64,000 nucleotides of DNA from Callorhinchus milii (Eukaryota): positions 47,060,001 to 47,124,000 of the forward strand of contig NW_024704742.1 of assembly GCF_018977255.1 (NCBI RefSeq). The letters are read 5' to 3'. A program made the translations under genes and the position numbers. Shown piece by piece: positions 60,895-64,000 of this stretch (the stretch's first letter is position 1; each line of letters opens with the position of its first letter). The notes beneath the pieces were generated by a model. It searched no databases. It saw nothing but the letters and a program-made list of their open reading frames with translations, and was not told where the DNA came from.

Positions 60895-61350
60895 TTTTTG
60901 GTCAGCTGGTTGTCTGACAAATGCAGAAACCCATCACTGTGCTTAAGAGTATCCAAGCAGGTGCAAGCGTTCCATATATATACTGCCACCTACACATGGA
61001 AATTAGTTAAGTAGGAAGAGTCATGGAACCCAGCAATTGGTCTTGCCCTCCAAGTCCTGCCAACAAGCCAGGCTGACTGGTCTGTCATCAGCAGTGCCGT
61101 TAGTGCCTGCCTCGCTCAGAAATCGGATGACAGGGGCCACCACAAAGAATTGACTCAATTCTGATATTCCATTGCCAAGCATGTCACTTTGGAACCAACT
61201 CAGCTCCAAGGAGACCCCGCTTACCTCCACCCTGAGAGAACAGTCGTGAGTTGGTCATTTGACGTACTGTAGGCGCAGGTTTGAGCCCTCAGTAGGTGGA
61301 TATTAGGTACCAGGAACTCCCTGTGAGCCTCTTGGTGAGCAGCACAGCTC
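60895..61350 (-). repeat. Unclassified ancient interspersed repeat, copy 3; an internally deleted sister copy lies at ~61616-61730
   Basis: Reverse complement ggaggtaagcggggtctccttggagctgagttggttccaaagtgacatgcttggcaat...ggcactgctgatgacagaccagtcagcctggcttg is homologous to 23248-23430. Confidence 0.7.
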
Positions 61351-62514
61351 AGCGTGAAATGAGTGAGAGCATTACTACTATTCACCCACAAAGTACATAG
61401 TCATTCCACTTTACATTATATTCTGCGAAGCAATGTGAGATGTCCTCCCAATGTAAAAGACGCTATATCAAATGTAAGGATTATTATATTTTATTATTAT
61501 CTTCCTGCCCACAGCTAAAGAATGTAGTCAGGCACACTCTGTTACAATTTGGCATGTGAATAGAAACTAGACTAGCAGTTCCCAGAAATAGATTATGTCC
61601 CCTACAAACTGAATTGTTTTTGGTCAGCTAGGTGACTGACACATGTGGAAACCCATCACCAAGACCGCCATCCAGGGCAGGCTCAATTCTGACATTCCGT
61701 TGCCAAACATGTCACCTTGGAGCCAGTACCAACCCCCAAACTGGAAGCTGATACTTTCCGTTGTAAATGATACATTAAGGTAGCACAAGGTCTAACAGTT
61801 GACCCTTAGGAACACATACATGGAGCTCGATTAAGCATATGCCTCATTTGGAAAGTTGTAAACAACAGAACTCAGATTTACATGACAAGTTACACAGCAG
61901 AATAGGTATTATTTGAAAACCAAGACTATAATACTAGGTGAATGCAAAAACATTGTGGTGTATCATATGCTAATTTAGAAAATTAGTGGGTTTTTTTGCT
62001 ATGTGCTTGTATTGGGAAATCCTGTTACAAACATAAAATTATAGGATAAATGGTGTTCGTGATTGGTACATGGTCGATTCCAATATTCATTAGAGAAACT
62101 TTGATTTCAGAAACTCTGCACTAAAGCAATAGGTTTCTTCAGTTAAGTCCCTGGATAGAGTAGCTGGCGAGTCTTGCAGTGCTCAGGGAGCCCTAGGTCA
62201 GACAAGCATCTTAAACAACAACAACAACTTGCATTTACATAGCACCCCTAATGCAGAGTAGAGCCCCAATATCAAATGTACAGAGTTTATCATCATCTTC
62301 TTAAAATACAATCTTTTTATTGTACTTTATACTAGGCACATGGGCTCCCAAACCTTGATTGGGGCTGAAAAGACTGTAATGTATATTTCTTTTTGCCACT
62401 AAATGCTTTGATCCTCCATCAAATGTTCTTAGACTGAATTTTTAAGTATTCATTGTGTAAAAGAATTCATCTTACTATAACTTTGTGTTAAAGTATATTA
62501 AAGATACTCCAATG

Positions 62515-62930
62515 CAGTGCTGTGCCGTGCCATGTTTCACTCACAAACTATACAGTCAATTCACTTTACGGTATATTCTGTGAAGTGATTTGAGACATCT
62601 CAAAGATGTGATAAAGGCACTATACCAAATGCAAGGATTATTATTATTAGGAACACAGCATTGTTGGTGATGATGAACATTAAACCAAGGTCCTGTTTGC
62701 CTGTCCAGATGGTCTTTAAAGATCCCATGGCACTATTCAAAACGTAATGGGAATTTCTCCTCGTGCTCTGGCCAACAATTCTCCAGATAAATTAGTCATT
62801 TACTTTATGGCTGTTTGTGGGACATTGCTGCATGCAAATTGCCTGCCACATTTGCCCACAGAAATGCTATAAAGTACTTTGATATGAGAGATGGTACAAA
62901 AAATGCTAACATTTTTTACTATTATTATTC
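62515..62930 (+). mobile_element. Shared SINE tail (~62515-62648) followed by a Deu-domain SINE 3' part (~62670-62930)
   Basis: cattaaaccaaggtcctgtttgcctgtccagatggtctttaaagatcccatggcactattc... and the shared tail. Confidence 0.75.
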
Positions 62931-64000
62931 CAACTAACATTAGCTAAGCATAGACCAGAGATCAAACAAGTAACCTTTGATCCATATAGCTCGGTGCTAC
63001 ACTTTGTGGTGACCTGAATACAGAAACAAAATCTTAATAACTACACTTAAAAATCTGCAATACTTCGATGCAGGTTTAAAATATTCTTGGTAAAAATGAT
63101 GAGAAACCTTTTCTCCACCCAGACACCACCACTTTAGAGGAGCTAGTAAAGTTCCACTTTGTGTGGGAAATAAACCACACTGAAGCTGAAAATAGCAATA
63201 TAAAAAACATGTTGCAAACTTTATGGCAGCCGCCACTGTCACATCAGCTGCAGGTCAAACCCGTAATGGCAGTCAATCTGGCCACATGCGAATGGAAATT
63301 TCAAAACAGCTTCATCCAAAAGTGTCTTCAATACATCACAAACTTTCTTTTATAGACACTGTTTACAGTGCTAATGGGAGCAAAATGGCTAAATCAGTTG
63401 ATTTCCATTTGCTATTATAAACAGTTTAATGTTTGTAGGACATTGCTACATGCAAATTGGCTCTCCCATTCTCAACAAAATACACAGCCACTGCATTTTA
63501 CAGTAAATCCTGTGAAGCGCAGCCCTTTGAGACGTCTCTACGACCTGATACATTGCTATATCAAATACAAGGATTATTATATAACAAAATCCTGTTTTCC
63601 AACAAAGCACTGTTCCGTTTCTGAAAATTAAAGGCTCATATTTGTCTTCTAAGTCTGACTTTCCTACCACTGTAATAGGTGACATACAGCTTCTTCCCTC
63701 CAAGCCTGACTGACAGACCCGCAAACATTTGTAATTGATTTTATTTGTACAAAATGCTTTGTTTAGTTATGGAGTAATGCACATTCCATGATGTGATAAA
63801 AGTACAAATATGTACAATGAGGATTTTGTATATTTTGGTATATTTAGCTAGTATTGTTTTAAATTGCTCACATGCAAATATACACTTTGTGAACACAATG
63901 CATGCACTTTCAACCCTTTGCCCAGTACCAGAGAGGTATGTATCATGCTGGATTAGTTGGTAGTACTCATGTCTACGGACAGGAAGTTTGTGAGTTTAAG

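Noticed and set aside
47800..64000. Exons of the next syntenic gene (C4orf19/PGCKA1 follows NWD2 in human, from recall)
   Set aside because: I found no MGCRCCK-like start or other recognisable coding exon. A non-coding first exon cannot be excluded.

Overview
AT-rich, repeat-dense vertebrate genomic DNA, most likely from a cartilaginous fish and probably a chimaera (holocephalan). This rests on the repeat content: tRNA-Ala-headed SINEs with (TTA)n tails, Deu-domain SINEs, L2 and CR1 LINEs, and no recognisable shark/ray HE1 SINE. The only protein-coding gene I can support is NWD2 (NACHT and WD repeat domain-containing 2), on the + strand. Six coding exons are present (1126-1214, 8528-8644, 19108-19311, 26346-26490, 28080-28669, 35323-39252). 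All internal boundaries are AG/GT with consistent phases, giving about 1690 codons in the window; the first coding exon lies upstream. Introns and the ~25 kb downstream contain defective L2 LINEs, CR1 fragments, about 30 copies of one shared SINE 3' module, and at least two older SINE-like families, one of which I cannot name. I found no CRISPR array, RNA gene, intact transposon or prokaryote-type system, and no convincing new biological system. The best leads are modest: an unclassified ancient repeat family, a SINE that carries the local L2 tail loop, inverted repeats around symmetric NWD2 exons, a 38/40-bp hairpin, and a candidate extra exon and distal 3' end after NWD2. Repeat boundaries were read by eye and are approximate; family names come from recall, not database searches.
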